From positions 16,244,001 through 16,308,000 of the forward strand of contig NC_092671.1 in assembly GCF_964355755.1 (NCBI RefSeq): DNA of 64,000 nt, in the 5' to 3' direction. The stretch is from Antedon mediterranea (Eukaryota; Animalia; Echinodermata). The notes beneath the pieces were generated by a model, which was not told where the DNA came from, ran no database searches, and worked only from the letters and a program-made list of their open reading frames with translations. Positions 1-12,866 of the stretch are shown in pieces (the first letter of the stretch is position 1; each line of letters starts with the position of its first letter). The position numbers and the translations under genes are program-made.

Positions 1-2271
1 CAATCTCTGCACTTTTTGTATAGGCCTACTTGCCATCTTGTGATTTCTGCTGTTATTGTATTTTCAAGAATACGGTAACTATATATGGTAGTAACAGAGA
101 GGTTTATTAGAAGTTCTTTATTAAGACTATGTGACGTAAGACTATCGAATGTATTTTGTTGATTCAATAAATCATTATTTTTAAAGCCAGTAACATATTG
201 TTAACCATGCCGTACTTTATATAATTACTTTATTTATCACATTCAATTATTGAAGGCCATATTAACCTATTAAAAATCGATTAAGTTATCAGAGCTATAA
301 TCAATCCCACACGGCTTCATTATGATGCGATCAAGTGATCATTATCAAACTTGTATACAGCGTAGTAATATAATAACACCTAATATATACTAATACTGTT
401 GTTGGGGGACTGTACTCTTTTCTCCTAGATTGTAAGGATGAAACTAGATATGAATTCGTCCCCAGGACGAGTTGGGTGCACTAAAGCATTCACGGAGAAC
501 GTGTTCGGAGGCAATTCATTGTTTGTAAAAGCATGGAGGAAAAAACAACACGTTTCTCAATGTCGATAGAACCTTTACCAGATATAGACGCCAAAGTAGG
601 CTAATAATGATTAGTGCATTATTGACAATGTCCACATAAAGTATCGTAACTTTAGCAATACGGAAAAATATAGCATTGCAACCATTATTATTACACATTA
701 ATCTAGTTAAACCACGTTTTATTTAATGCCTATACATTGTTATGAATTGGAATTTGTAAAATAAAACGCAATTATTGTTTAGAGACCATATTGATTTTGA
801 AGTTTCAAATGCAAAGAATATCAGAATATGATCGATGTCAATTAACAACATACAATTGCTCCCAAGTATAATACATACAATTGTAATTTGGTTGAACATA
901 AATATGTAAGTCGTTATTATCGCAACTGAGTGCTGATCAAACACTTCTAGAACAAGCATACAACATACACAACGACGGAATTCTAATATTATAGCTCCTA
1001 ATGTACATAGTAATCAATAACACATAACATGAGAGAGTATCTATACTACTCCACATCGCAAGTTTAAAATGATATGAAGTCCATCCTTTACCGAATTTAA
1101 AACATGTAATAAAATAATAAAGTTCAATTTAATATAGCGAAAAATATATGGCGCCTGTAACCGCTGAACAATCAACAGAACAATTGTTAAAAGAGCAAAA
1201 CATTAATGATAAACGGGACAATTAAAACAGTGGGGTTGAATGTGCCGAGCGATGCAGCGTTCCTGATTGAGTTTATTATTTTATCTGGTACATTTTTTAT
1301 TCATTGATTTATAAATCACTTGCTATATCTTGGTATCTTTATTAAACATTAAAATATTGTTAGCCAAATGGTGAATTGTTACTTTTTTACAATACAAAAA
1401 TTAAATATCAATTATATAGGCCTACATTATATTGAAACGACATAAAAAATTCGAAAATTTAAATTAACTTACATAAAATCTAATACAATTTTAAAATAAA
1501 GAAAAAGAATGCCAAAACGTTATGTAAAATATACTGGAAATAAACGAATAGAAATAAACCCATGCTTTTTGAAATCCTGAAAATATTAAGCATTTTAAGT
1601 AACAGATCAACCCGCCAAGCCGAACGCATTGAAAAACGCTGCGTTTGAAATTACCGCATTTCTCAGCCGATTCTCGTACGGCGGTAGACATAAATATCGT
1701 ACAAGATGCAATTGCGTTTCTCTACTTCACATCAGTTACATAATATAGGCATTTCTAGTTCTAGCTAATAATGTAACGTATTCTTTATTTCATGGTCCGG
1801 TAAAGAGTCTCCGTTACTGAAACGAAAGTCAGCAATAATGAACTGATATACGATTGTTGTGAATATTTCGTATCGAAACATTATGCCATCGTTGATTTTG
1901 AAAACAAAGGAGATCATGGTTATTATTTACACCACAGGGAACATAGTCATTTTCAAATCCTAAAAATAGTATGTTATAATTTTCCATGATAGTTTTAGTC
2001 ACAGACTCAATGATTACGATGTCGGTTTTCAGATTCAAATGCACTCACCTGGTAACATTATTCCGGCTAGATATGAAATCAACACTCCTCACAAAGTCCT
2101 GCTTTTTCAATTCTCACATTCAATGCAAACATCATGTATACAGAAATAATAGAACCTATAACCTTCAAAACATGAACCAACTCCCCAAACTACCAATTAA
2201 TTTTATTTCATTTTGATGATCAATAAAAAACAAGAAAGTTAATGGTATAGTTTGATCATTCTCAGGATGCA

Positions 2272-2623
2272 TTAAAGATGTATTGTCCCCCAAAATCATG
2301 AAAAATAAAGATTTTTAAAATCGGACTTTGAATAGGCCATTTTGCAGTTTTAATGAAGTTGTTCACTTCCATAAGAAAAAAAACGGGGGAAAAAAATTAT
2401 TTCACCTATAAAAAGACAAAATAAACAGTTAAATTACCCAAAAACTCATTTTCTTCCAGACAATTTGACCATTTTTTGCTTTAAATTACATTTTTCTCGG
2501 GTAAATAAATTTTTTTCAGACCCAACTTTTTGTGAGAGTGAATAACTATTATGTGACATTAAAATAACATATTCAACAAAAAATTAAAAAAAATATTTTT
2601 TTAGGAGGACAATATATCTTTAA
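2272..2623. mobile_element. Non-autonomous DNA transposon (MITE), Kolobok-like, TTAA-flanked
   Basis: Terminal inverted repeats TTAA-AGATGTATTGTCCCC ... GGAGGACAATATATCT-TTAA. TTAA flanks with purine (AG) termini fit Kolobok better than piggyBac. Second copy at 42782-43083. Confidence 0.75.
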
Positions 2624-3638
2624 CTAATTCATGAAAAACCAGTAAAGCTCGAGAGTAAGACGTAAGTTTAACGCATATTAATACTTTTTTGGGGTTTTTT
2701 ATTGAATCATCAAAATCAACCAATCAACAAATCTTATATTCTAGTGATCCAGATTAACGTTTTCACTCAAATTAACCATCAACACTCATTAACCAATTTA
2801 CTCCCAAAAAAGTAAACCATGGCAATGGGACAACGAGATTATGCAGCATAATTTTTTTTTTTTTAAAGATAGTGTATACTTAAACAGTGACCAATATGGG
2901 TGAAAAGTTGTAGTCAGCAGACAAGAAACAGTTATTGCTTATTTTCTCTAAACATAATACCGTACTAGGATCGGGTGAAGTTAAGTGTCAACACTAAATG
3001 AACACACCAGCGAACAAATAAGTTTGCAACTCAGCAACATATTGCAGTAGAGGCCGCAGTAGAGGCCAAAGTAGTACACTCAGTATTATCGTCGTTACTA
3101 CTACTGTAATAACTAATATTTAAGACAACCCTTTAAACTAACAAAACCTCATGTTCTACAAACAGAATTGAAAGATCTATAAAGTGCCTTAGGCCTGTTC
3201 AAAATGATCATCATAATAACTGTTGTCATTATAACCTATTAATCTATATGCTTCTTCGATCCATTTAATAACAAAGCTATGTCAAGCTTGTATCTATTAT
3301 ATGTTTTTATATCTAACATTCTAAGTTTAAACAAATAATGTCAATTCACCAAACAGTCTTTTCAGTCGCGTTTTATTATCGATGCACGTCTAAATGCCAT
3401 TTATTCATTTTTTCGTATATATTTCTCTTTTCAATTTTATTACAACCATAAAGTTACATTGAACAAACATGTTCCCCATACAGCTCCTAAATTATACATT
3501 TTATTATTAATATTTATATAATATACGATCAAACAAAAAGAAATAAATATAAATGAATATGCTTGAATGTTTACACGTCGTCTCGTTAAAAATTATTCTA
3601 CAAAATTTAAATTAACTTTTTTTTTATTTCTACCGTAA

Positions 3639-3801
3639 AGCCTGTTTCTCGCTAGGACGTAACGTAAAGACGTAAGCGCAACCACAAGCGAGTTGTCCAA
3701 TGACAAGCGACAGTTCAAGAAATCCGTCGCTTGTGATACATTGGTGTTAAATGTTGCGTTGCGCTTAGGTCCTTGCGTTACGTCGTAGTGGGAACCGAGA
3801 T
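3639..3801. mobile_element. Palindromic MITE (Tourist/Harbinger-like), family also at 16511, 18660, 44098
   Basis: Imperfect ~45 bp TIRs (AGCCTGTTTCTCGCTAGGACGTAACGTAAAGACGTAAGCGCAAC / GTTGCGCTTAGGTCCTTGCGTTACGTCGTAGTGGGAACCGAGAT), TAA on both flanks, related copies elsewhere in the window. Confidence 0.7.
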
Positions 3802-4382
3802 TAAGCATCATAAATCTACTGGTCTGAGAATGCATTAGGATGTAGAGTAAATTGTAACCTAATTTAATTAATTAATTTATTTATTTATTAATTGTATTTT
3901 AAATGTACATAATGGTATATAATGTTTATACTCATTAGATTTTAGAAAAGTATACTTCACTATTTTAAAAATTCAACAACCCTTTAACAATTTATATGTA
4001 AAATCACGTTGTATATCATATTTACTTTTATATTTACTTGGATTTACATCTTTAAATCGGAGGCACAATTAATTACAGACACAAATAAAAAGGTACATCT
4101 TTCAAAATAAAAATAAAAAGAAGAAAAGGCGAAAAAGATAAACAATACATTAAATAAAATGTAATTATTCAAACCATTTTCCCCACCCTCACTCCTTTTC
4201 AAATTACTTAAGTATTAATATGTATGAAAGAAACACAATTGGAATTTAATAATAATTATGTCTAATAGTAACAACACAAACATCTAAAACTGTAAAAGAT
4301 TACAGATAACTGTCACTGCTCTGCTGCGATCCCGGATGAAATAATTGTTATTTTATTTTTAAAGTTTTAAATAAAAACTTAC

Positions 4383-4404
4383 CTGCTTTTGCTATTGATG
4401 CCAT
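4383..4404 (-). CDS. Probable first coding exon (MASIAKA + phase-1 intron) of an unidentified gene running toward the left edge
   Basis: Minus strand reads acaaATGGCATCAATAGCAAAAGCAG|GTAAGT: good start context (A at -3, G at +4) and consensus donor, downstream of a promoter-like CpG-richer patch. Downstream exons not identified. Confidence 0.45.
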
Positions 4405-4550
4405 TTGTTCGAAGAATTACAAAAATCTTGAATTAAAATAACGAATCTCTTGTTTTAAAGTTTTATCTTTCTTTCCCTATTTATAATATAAATTTGTTGA
4501 TAACTCTACAATCTAATAAAGCGCTGTTCTTTGACAACTAGCTTAGTATA

Positions 4551-4645
4551 CACTGCTAGACGCTATTCTTCTGGATTGCTTTTAATTCGCACGTACGCTT
4601 CGCCGCAGCCATTCATCGGGTCTTGAACGGAACCCGCCCACTTGT
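4551..4645 (-). promoter_or_regulatory. Putative core promoter of the MASIAKA exon
   Basis: Minus strand: GC box GGGCGG near 4639-4634, TATA-like TTAAAA starting at 4585, Inr-like GCAGT with its A at 4554 (31 nt downstream); locally raised CpG. Confidence 0.35.
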
Positions 4646-7600
4646 TAGGCTATTTGTTGCCCCATCAACGCCTATTTCACCTGTCCATTAAACGACAACA
4701 ATTTACGTCTCCGACAACCAAGACATCGGATGGTAGTTTACACGTCATATTACTCTACGGAAAAGAGTGATGTAATAATAATATTCATTATCACAATAGT
4801 GTAAATACAGTAAGAATTTATCACAGTATAGTGTAATTGCGATGCTGTACTTAACGAACGCGGTGCCGATTTATTTTTAGATATTTTAAGGAAAAAGTTT
4901 AACGACGTCAGGAATTGCTATAACGTCAAGTATTCAATCATTATTTTCCTTATTTGAGAAACAAGAGTACTCTATTCTGTCAATCAGACTATAATACTTC
5001 CTCATCAAAATCACCTTTGCTGCAGCGTTCGTGGTGCTTAGTGAGTGCATTGCAGGGTTGCTAACGTCATCAATAAATAGGGAGTAATCGTTGCTGTTGT
5101 TTTAATATTTGTTATAACTATCATTTCTTTTATTTATGTTAACTACAATAAATAGTTATGATTGTTTCATCCACGATGTAGTTAATCAATTTGGTTTCTC
5201 TCTCATTGGCATAAATCGAAGTGACAAACATAATTTTCGTGACAATTTTTAAATAATGTTAATTAATTTTCACTCAGGCATAATAATAAAAAGTATTTTC
5301 TGAAAGCGTGTTAATCATATTTCACCTGTCCACACATATAAGAGTGAACCTAACCAAACGGAGTTCATAGACCGTTAGAGGTCTGTCAGTATTTTAAATT
5401 GTGAGCCAACGATTTTAAGTTAATCTAAAGATTTACGAAACGTATAATATAATTTATAACCTTCAATATGAGGCGTTTATGATTATTGTCCGATACGTTG
5501 AAATGGGTAGCGTGATATATCTGATCACATGTGAAATCCAGTTGACGCGTACGGTCACCCGATTCGCGTAAGGTATAGACAATAAACATCAGTTTCTTGT
5601 TTCTTAACTACAACATTTCCCCCACTTAGACACCGTAAGTTGCCTCTTTTTCAAATACCTTAGGCCTATGACAATCTTTTTTGGTAAGCCAGTTGATTTG
5701 CTGAATGGAGATGGAAATAAATCAAAATAATGTAAAAAAATACCCCAAAAACCAAGAAGGATAACATAATATGATTATAAATACGGTACTTTTATATATA
5801 TTGGAAATAATTATTCATTCTTTAAAGAACCTTAATATTAGTACTTCTTTTTAATAAAAAACATTTGTTTTTGTGGTAAAACTATAAGCAAATTAGACAG
5901 CATTATTTAATACAATGTAAGTGTACAAAATTATAAAATAAGTTCATTTTAAATTTCCAGTATTTTAATGTAACATAACAATAATAAATTAATTTAAAAA
6001 AAATTAATGATATTCCAGATTCATTTTTGAATGGCAGTTTGAAAGTGTTTTATTTTTAGATTATCGTCTGATGGTATTTAATTGGACAAAGTGCTGGATC
6101 ACCATCACTTCGAAACAAAGCCGCCTGCTTTCTAGCAATTATTGACTTTCATACAATATCACTTGGTTTATTCGTTGATTATTAATGCGAATTGTTTTCT
6201 TGTCGAAAGGCACACTTTGCTTATACGCGTTCATGACATTAATTGCTCCAATTAGATTTTAAGTAATGGCTATCATTCTATTTTTCGTATTGAATGAAGC
6301 TTGAGAACGTTTTGTTGCTCTGCAACTGACGGATATTTTACGATATTGATATGTTTCAAACTGAACATTAAACAAGTGAATAGGAGCCCCAAAATTGCTA
6401 TCCATATTAATCTTCTTGTTCACACCACAAGTGATGTAAAGGAAGAAACGGCATGGCATTGAATGTATGCGTGCCATGTGCAACATATTAGACAATTTAT
6501 TTGCGCTGACAATAAAACTATTTGGCATAAATAAAAGCGTCATGAATGAAATAACAAAATCATTGAAAACAAAAATCCATCATACCTCGTTGCGTCTTAT
6601 TGTCGAAATTATTTCACTAACCCTTTTTTTGCAATGTTGTTTCTTAAATTCAAAAGCAAATTACTTAAAAATGACAATGCTGTGAGTATCAGTGGCTTGA
6701 TCTCAATATAAATAAAATAAGCAAAAGGCTAAATCAGAACGATAAAGTAAAACAGCCAGAAGAAAGGGAAAGAAAGTGTCAATATTTTGAAAAACACTAT
6801 TCTACAGGAGGGCTAATGTTGTTCCCCCCTTAACTATTTACTATATCTCTTTAAATCTTGCTGGATTTAATGTTTATTATCTCCTCTCTATACTAATTAT
6901 TATTTTGTTCATGTTGATTTTTATTTTTAAGTTTTACAACTTTCTTGTACGAAAATACTAATTAATAGTTTAGTAATTAGTTATTATTTAGTTCTATGTT
7001 AGGAATTGCACTCTACGTTTTAACTTGTGGAATAATGATTTGACTAAACTCTTATAATATTCAGTTCTTATAATGTTATAAGAAAGATTTATAGACATAA
7101 TTTCTGTGGCCGAAGATATTTAAGGTTTGGTTTAATTATTTTGTTGTTTAATACTATAGCGCCACCAGTGTCTACAATTTCTAAGTGCATGTCGATAAGG
7201 GGCGCTACTCAACAAATCATGTAGCGGTTTTGTAGGCTTTATCAGACAATAAGCGATTTGTCAAATCAATTACAAATACCTCTTTTAGAGTTAAAATAGA
7301 AGAAGGAAAGTGGATCTAGATTTTGAAATAAAGATATAATGTTTTGAAACACGTTTCGATGTGTAGGCTAGGCCTACTAAAATAAAGTGTGCCTACTGGA
7401 ATCTGAGCAAAGAATCTTTCTATTTAAAGATGAAAACTATTTTATGTAGTAAAATATATATCTGATATGTTGTGTGTAAATACATGTAGCCAAAAATAAA
7501 TAGAATACCGTATCCTTTTAATTACATTTAACGAGAATATCAATGACGTCATTACGAATAATGGCATCTTCTAGTTGGTTAATTTAGACGTCATTTAACG

Positions 7601-9957
7601 TTATTTTTTAAAATGACGTCTTATCACGACAGACATAATGACGTCTTATCACGACAGACATAACATTTTCCTTAAAATAATATAGACAATAAAGTCGTTT
7701 TATTGTTGCATTACGTTTTTAACATCTTATTAAATTTGTATACCAAATAAGGTAATTTACGTTTATTAAGGACTGTTGTAAAATAGCTAGAAAGGTCCAT
7801 CGGAACTAATTTGCTAAAAAATTAATGATTATTAGCAATAGGCCTTATTATAATTGGAATTTAATGAAAATGTAATTATTCTACATAACAATTGATTGCA
7901 GTATAGTTAGATAAGTTTAGGTCTATAAACAAAGGTCGATAGTGATAATTTGATTTGATAATGGTATAATCATGGAGAATTATTTATCTTCCATGGTATA
8001 ATACAGCAGTATAGATGTCAATGACAGAGTCAACAAACGCTTATGCAAATCACGCGTTTAGATTTTGTTTAGGTTTTAGTCACATTAATATAAATGATAT
8101 ACTGTATTACGTATGAATTAGACTGTTAGTTTCGATCATAATCAACGACAAAACACAAAACCAAAGAGGATAAAATCGTATAGAAATTATATAACAATAC
8201 GATAAACAAAAGTTGAAAAAACAAAATAAAAACATTTTTCAAAATATAGCAATAACAAACAAAAAACAATCAAACATAACATATTTCGATTTTTTATTTA
8301 TTTATTTTTTAAATAAGAAGAACCTCCACCGCCCATCACCCACACCATACACCTATGTATAGTAGTACTGTATGGCATACATCAAATAATAAACTGTCTA
8401 TTAAAACATTCCATCTGAACACCTATGAATTGTTACTGTTATTTTGTTTTAAAAGCTTCACCATGCAATAACAACAAATAATTTAGGGGGAAAAATATAA
8501 TTAAATGTCTCTGTATTGCAGGATTATATCCCATTAAACTCCGTCACTTGTTTGTGGACAACTTTTGTTGACTATTTTTCTGTCGCTGTCGTAGTCCCCT
8601 AACAGGATTATTTATCGAAAGAACAAGTAATTATAAAGATCAACGTTTACTATCGAGTCGTGTTAAAGACTGTCGAATTGATAGCACCGCCAACTAATGG
8701 CATGGCACCTAATTTACCTGACGTCATCACTTATTACACACCCGCGCTCATTTCAATATTTATGATCCAGCGAGTCTTTTCCTTATAAACAATAATATTT
8801 AGGTGCAATAATGGAAGTTTTGTTGTTAGTATAAAGATAATTTATGATCGATATAAAAACTGGTACAAAACATGCAGAATATTCGGGTGATTTCGAGTGA
8901 AATTAAGTGCTTAAATTTACGAGTATATTTAAAAATAGCTATTCCTCGCGTGTCGCTCGAATAGTCCATGCGTGTCCTGGAATATTGCATGCCCTACCCG
9001 AGGCAATGCAATACATATGCTTTTTTAATCAGTATCTGTATTTGTCTTATCCTAATCAAGATATTCTAAAGTGTCTTTAATTTGTGCCTGATTTCCAGGT
9101 TAATACCTCAGGGCTAAACTGCTTTCTTGCTTTCCTGTGAATAACGGAAAAAAATAAGTGAAAATAAATAATTCTAAAATTAAAATGATCTCTATTCCTA
9201 CATGTGACGTTTATTGGCAAACTATTATTAATATCACTATAAAAATTCTGAAATTGCAATATAAAGTGCAATTTACTATCCATGTTAAGAAACTTAGCCA
9301 ACTTCAATCCTTTCGACCTAATTTAAGGGGTTCAATTATCTATTTTCTTTAGATTTAGATTCTAAACAATTTTTCCATACATTATTATACAATAACAAGA
9401 AAGTAATTTAGATGTTTCTTTGTAAAATAAAAATAATAATAAACGTTTTATTGTTTATTGTTTGGATATACAATGCTAAGGCATAGTATGGCCTTATGTC
9501 ATACTGAGACCTACTGTTTATAATTCTATATCATTCCAAATTTTTAAAATTGTTTCTATTCATTATGTTATTCTAATATCAACTATTACATTCATTCATG
9601 TAAGTACTGTAAATAAGTACTTAGTATATTTTACTGACTTGAAAATGTATGCTTTATACGGTGCCTATATCTACGCTATCTCACTAAATGCTTCGGTTTG
9701 ATTGAACCACACGGACTTCTATTACATTTTAGAAGTCTTTCCATTTAATTCCATGAAAAACTGTTCACATTGCTTGATAATTTGTTTCAATTTCTCTGGG
9801 TTTTGTGTATGGGATGTAAAATTGAGTTTCTTCACGCCTAATTTTCTTCTTTTCCACATTTATGATGGTCTCAGTATGCGAGCGTATAAAGTCCGCATCA
9901 TTTCATCACCAACGTATAAAAACAGGTTTACATCTTTGTTACGTCACATTCCCTTGC

Positions 9958-10356
9958 TATGGTAACTTACCGAAAAGAAGCCCCCTTCTTTGGTCTGCAA
10001 AGTAATGGGCTTCATTTCAAGATAAACTATTTGTATATCAAAGGAACAAGCTGATTTAATGCCAGATGACGATTGATGCAGATATAATATCATCGAGTTT
10101 ATTATTGTATCGTAATACGTGCATTTTTCAGTTTAAAATGGTATTTCGTCATAAATACGTAAAAAAATACTATTATTGTACAGTAGTAGCAATTCACAAA
10201 CTTTACAGCCTTCATTTTGAAAAGAATCCACTCTTTAATTTGCAAAAGTAATCTCGATAAGAAGCCCATTTTGAAACGAAGACCATCTTGAAGAAGCCCA
10301 CCCAAGAAGAGTACTAAAAAATAAGCCCATCAACTTCTTTTCGAGGTGTTACGGTA
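9958..10356. mobile_element. Degenerate MITE, Tc1/mariner/pogo-like termini
   Basis: Left TATGGTAACTTACCGAAAAGAAG vs right CTTCTTTTCGAGGTGTTACGGTA (imperfect inverted repeat), TA flanks, internal repeated AAGAAGCCC motifs. Confidence 0.5.
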
Positions 10357-11413
10357 CCGTCGTATGCTTACATGTTACACGTCAATAAGTTCAGCCTGCC
10401 TTACCCATTTTTCGGTAATGTTAAAGACGAAAATACGTTTTTATTACAATTATTAGTAAAAATTGTGGAATAGAACTGAAAATTGTGTTTATAATGTTGA
10501 ACTTTGCAATAATATGTCAGTTGCTATATTGTAAATAATTATTCAAATTACCTGAATTGGTGTCGAATATATCTAGCGGGCTTCCGCGTGAAACATTAGA
10601 TTTTTCTATTAGTTTGTGAATTACAGAAACTATGAACAGATATTTGAATTCGTATCGTCACAGGGCGTTCAGTTCGATATGACCCGTTCCATCACTGTCA
10701 TGTTCTACTGTCACAAATAGATAATATCGTTTATTTACCGGGTATGCTAAACGAGAATATTGATACTAACTGCGTTTGGCATGATTTGAAATTAAAAGTT
10801 ATAACGAAACATTTACGAAATGAGATAAGGTCGTGTGTGTCAAGCTAGAGCTTAATCTCTGCTTTAAACACAAACATATAACTCTATCAAATCAAAAAAT
10901 AGAAGAGTATCAAGTATTATTAGGTGTATTAATAATATGAACTTTGAACAGATTCTGTCTCCAATGAACTGTTTTATTTAAAGTTTCAGATTGCGAGTAT
11001 ATTATAGAATGCTATCAATACTAAAAAGTGTAAATGTTCAATGTTCTGTGTCTGAAGTCAATTAATAATAGGTTTAGCATTTTGTACTATATTTATAGTG
11101 CGGATTAATTTTAATGTTATTCTGTTATTACATCATACATCATAATTAAACAGTAAAGCGTTGTTGATCTTTTCCATTTGTAGACCTTGTTATCATATTG
11201 AGTACATTATTTTACCAGCCTTCCATGATTTTACTTTTTAACGGGAATGTCCTCCGATTTATTTTGATTCAGGCCTAACATCGATTGTTTAATTTGACAA
11301 CGCGGAAACTCCGCATTTTTGGCTGTTAGAAATTGAACCAGAACTAAGAAGTACAACCATATGTATTAATTTGTGTATTTTCAACCAGGCACAATACTTT
11401 CTGATTTTGAGTG

Positions 11414-12508
11414 GAGTAATGACGCACACGTATTTCAAAACCAAACTGTTAAGAACAATTATTAAAAAAATAAATAAAAGTTACTCAATAAGACACGGTA
11501 GATCCATTCCGGCCAGAAATGAAAATAATAATAATAGGAGCCTAAAGATTTGCATTATACAATCTAAATTAAATGGTTATATGATAATTATTATTTTGGT
11601 TAAAATAAACCCATCAAAATCAGTAAAAACAAACATCACAAAATCAATTAGCCTCCAAGAGGCCTAATTTTAAATTAGAAAGGTCGCCAAGTGTAATAAT
11701 TTCAAAATTTGGTATGGGTCGTTATGAAATAGAAGGCAATGATTGGCTATACATTTACAGATGAACTCCTGAGTTGAGTAATGACGCAAACGTATTTCAA
11801 AACCAAATCGTTAAGAACAATTATTAAAAAATAAATAAACGAAGAAAAGTTACTCAATAAGACACGGTAGATCCATTCCGGCCAGAAATGAAAATAATAA
11901 TAATAGGAGCCTAAAGATTTGCATTATACAATCTAAATTAAATGGTTATATGATAATTATTATTTTGGTTAAAATAAACCCATCAAAATCAGTAAAAACA
12001 AACATCACAAAATCAATTAGCCTCCAAGAGGCCTAATTTTAAATTAGAAAGGTCGCCAAGTGTAATAATTTCAAAATTTGGTATGGGTCGTTATGAAATA
12101 GAAGGCAATGATTGGCTATACATTTACAGATGAACTCCTGAGTTGAGTAATGACGCAAACGTATTTCAAAACCAAATCGTTAAGAACAATTATTAAAAAA
12201 TAAATAAACGAAGAAAAGTTACTCAATAAGACACGGTAGATCCATTCCGGCCAGAAATGAAAATAATAATAATAGGAGCCTAAAGATTTTCATTATACAA
12301 TCTAAATTAAATGTTTATATGATAATTATTATTTTGGTTAAAATAAACCCATCAAAATCAGTAAAAACAAACATCACAAAATCAATTAGCCTCCAAGAGG
12401 CCTAATTTTAAATTAGAAAGGTCGCCAAGTGTAATAATTTCAAAATTTGGTATGGGTCGTTATGAAATAGAAGGCAATGATTGGCTATACATTTACAGAT
12501 GAACTCCT
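11414..12508 (+). repeat. Tandem triplication of a ~362-369 bp unit
   Basis: Units start GAGTAATGACGCA at 11414, 11776 and 12145 and are nearly identical; the third ends at ATGAACTCCT (12508). Confidence 0.95.
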
Positions 12509-12554
12509 TTCTTTGAAACTGGCAAATCACTTACCAGGGGCAACAACACTACCG

Positions 12555-12835
12555 CGTGACGTAGGTTTCGTCATTGGAAACACCGTACCTACAACTCTCT
12601 TCATCTTATCTATAAGATAACGCAAAACATTTCAACTTCATAATAGCTGCATTAAACTGGCAGTCCACTGACGGAAGGAACGCTTTTAATTGGAAGAAAG
12701 TCGATCCCAAAGTTATCATTCAGTTATTATTGATATTAGCGTGTGTAACCCAAATCGAAAGACTGTACATTTTCTGTGGCGAGACGGTGTAATACCTTGC
12801 TATATATTCATTGAGGAGTGCTCACCTACGGCTTA
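12555..12835 (+). promoter_or_regulatory. Putative promoter of the peptide/EF-hand precursor gene
   Basis: TATATAT at 12801-12807, about 50 nt before the ATG at 12854; CRE-like TGACGTAG and CCAAT-type ATTGG at about 12557-12577. Confidence 0.5.
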
Positions 12836-12853
12836 CTTACGGTATCTGAAACG

Positions 12854-12866
12854 ATGTTGAAATCGG
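12854..12866 (+). CDS. Exon 1 (MLKS, phase 1) of secreted peptide + EF-hand precursor
   Basis: acgATGTTGAAATCGG|GTAAGT consensus donor; the single leftover G joins in frame with AA at the start of exon 2 (Glu codon), supplying the Met that exon 2 lacks. Confidence 0.7.

Noticed and set aside
2049-2190. Cys-rich reading frame with in-frame TGA codons (possible selenoprotein exon)
   Set aside because: Weak acceptor, no recognisable redox fold or SECIS element; stops are expected by chance.
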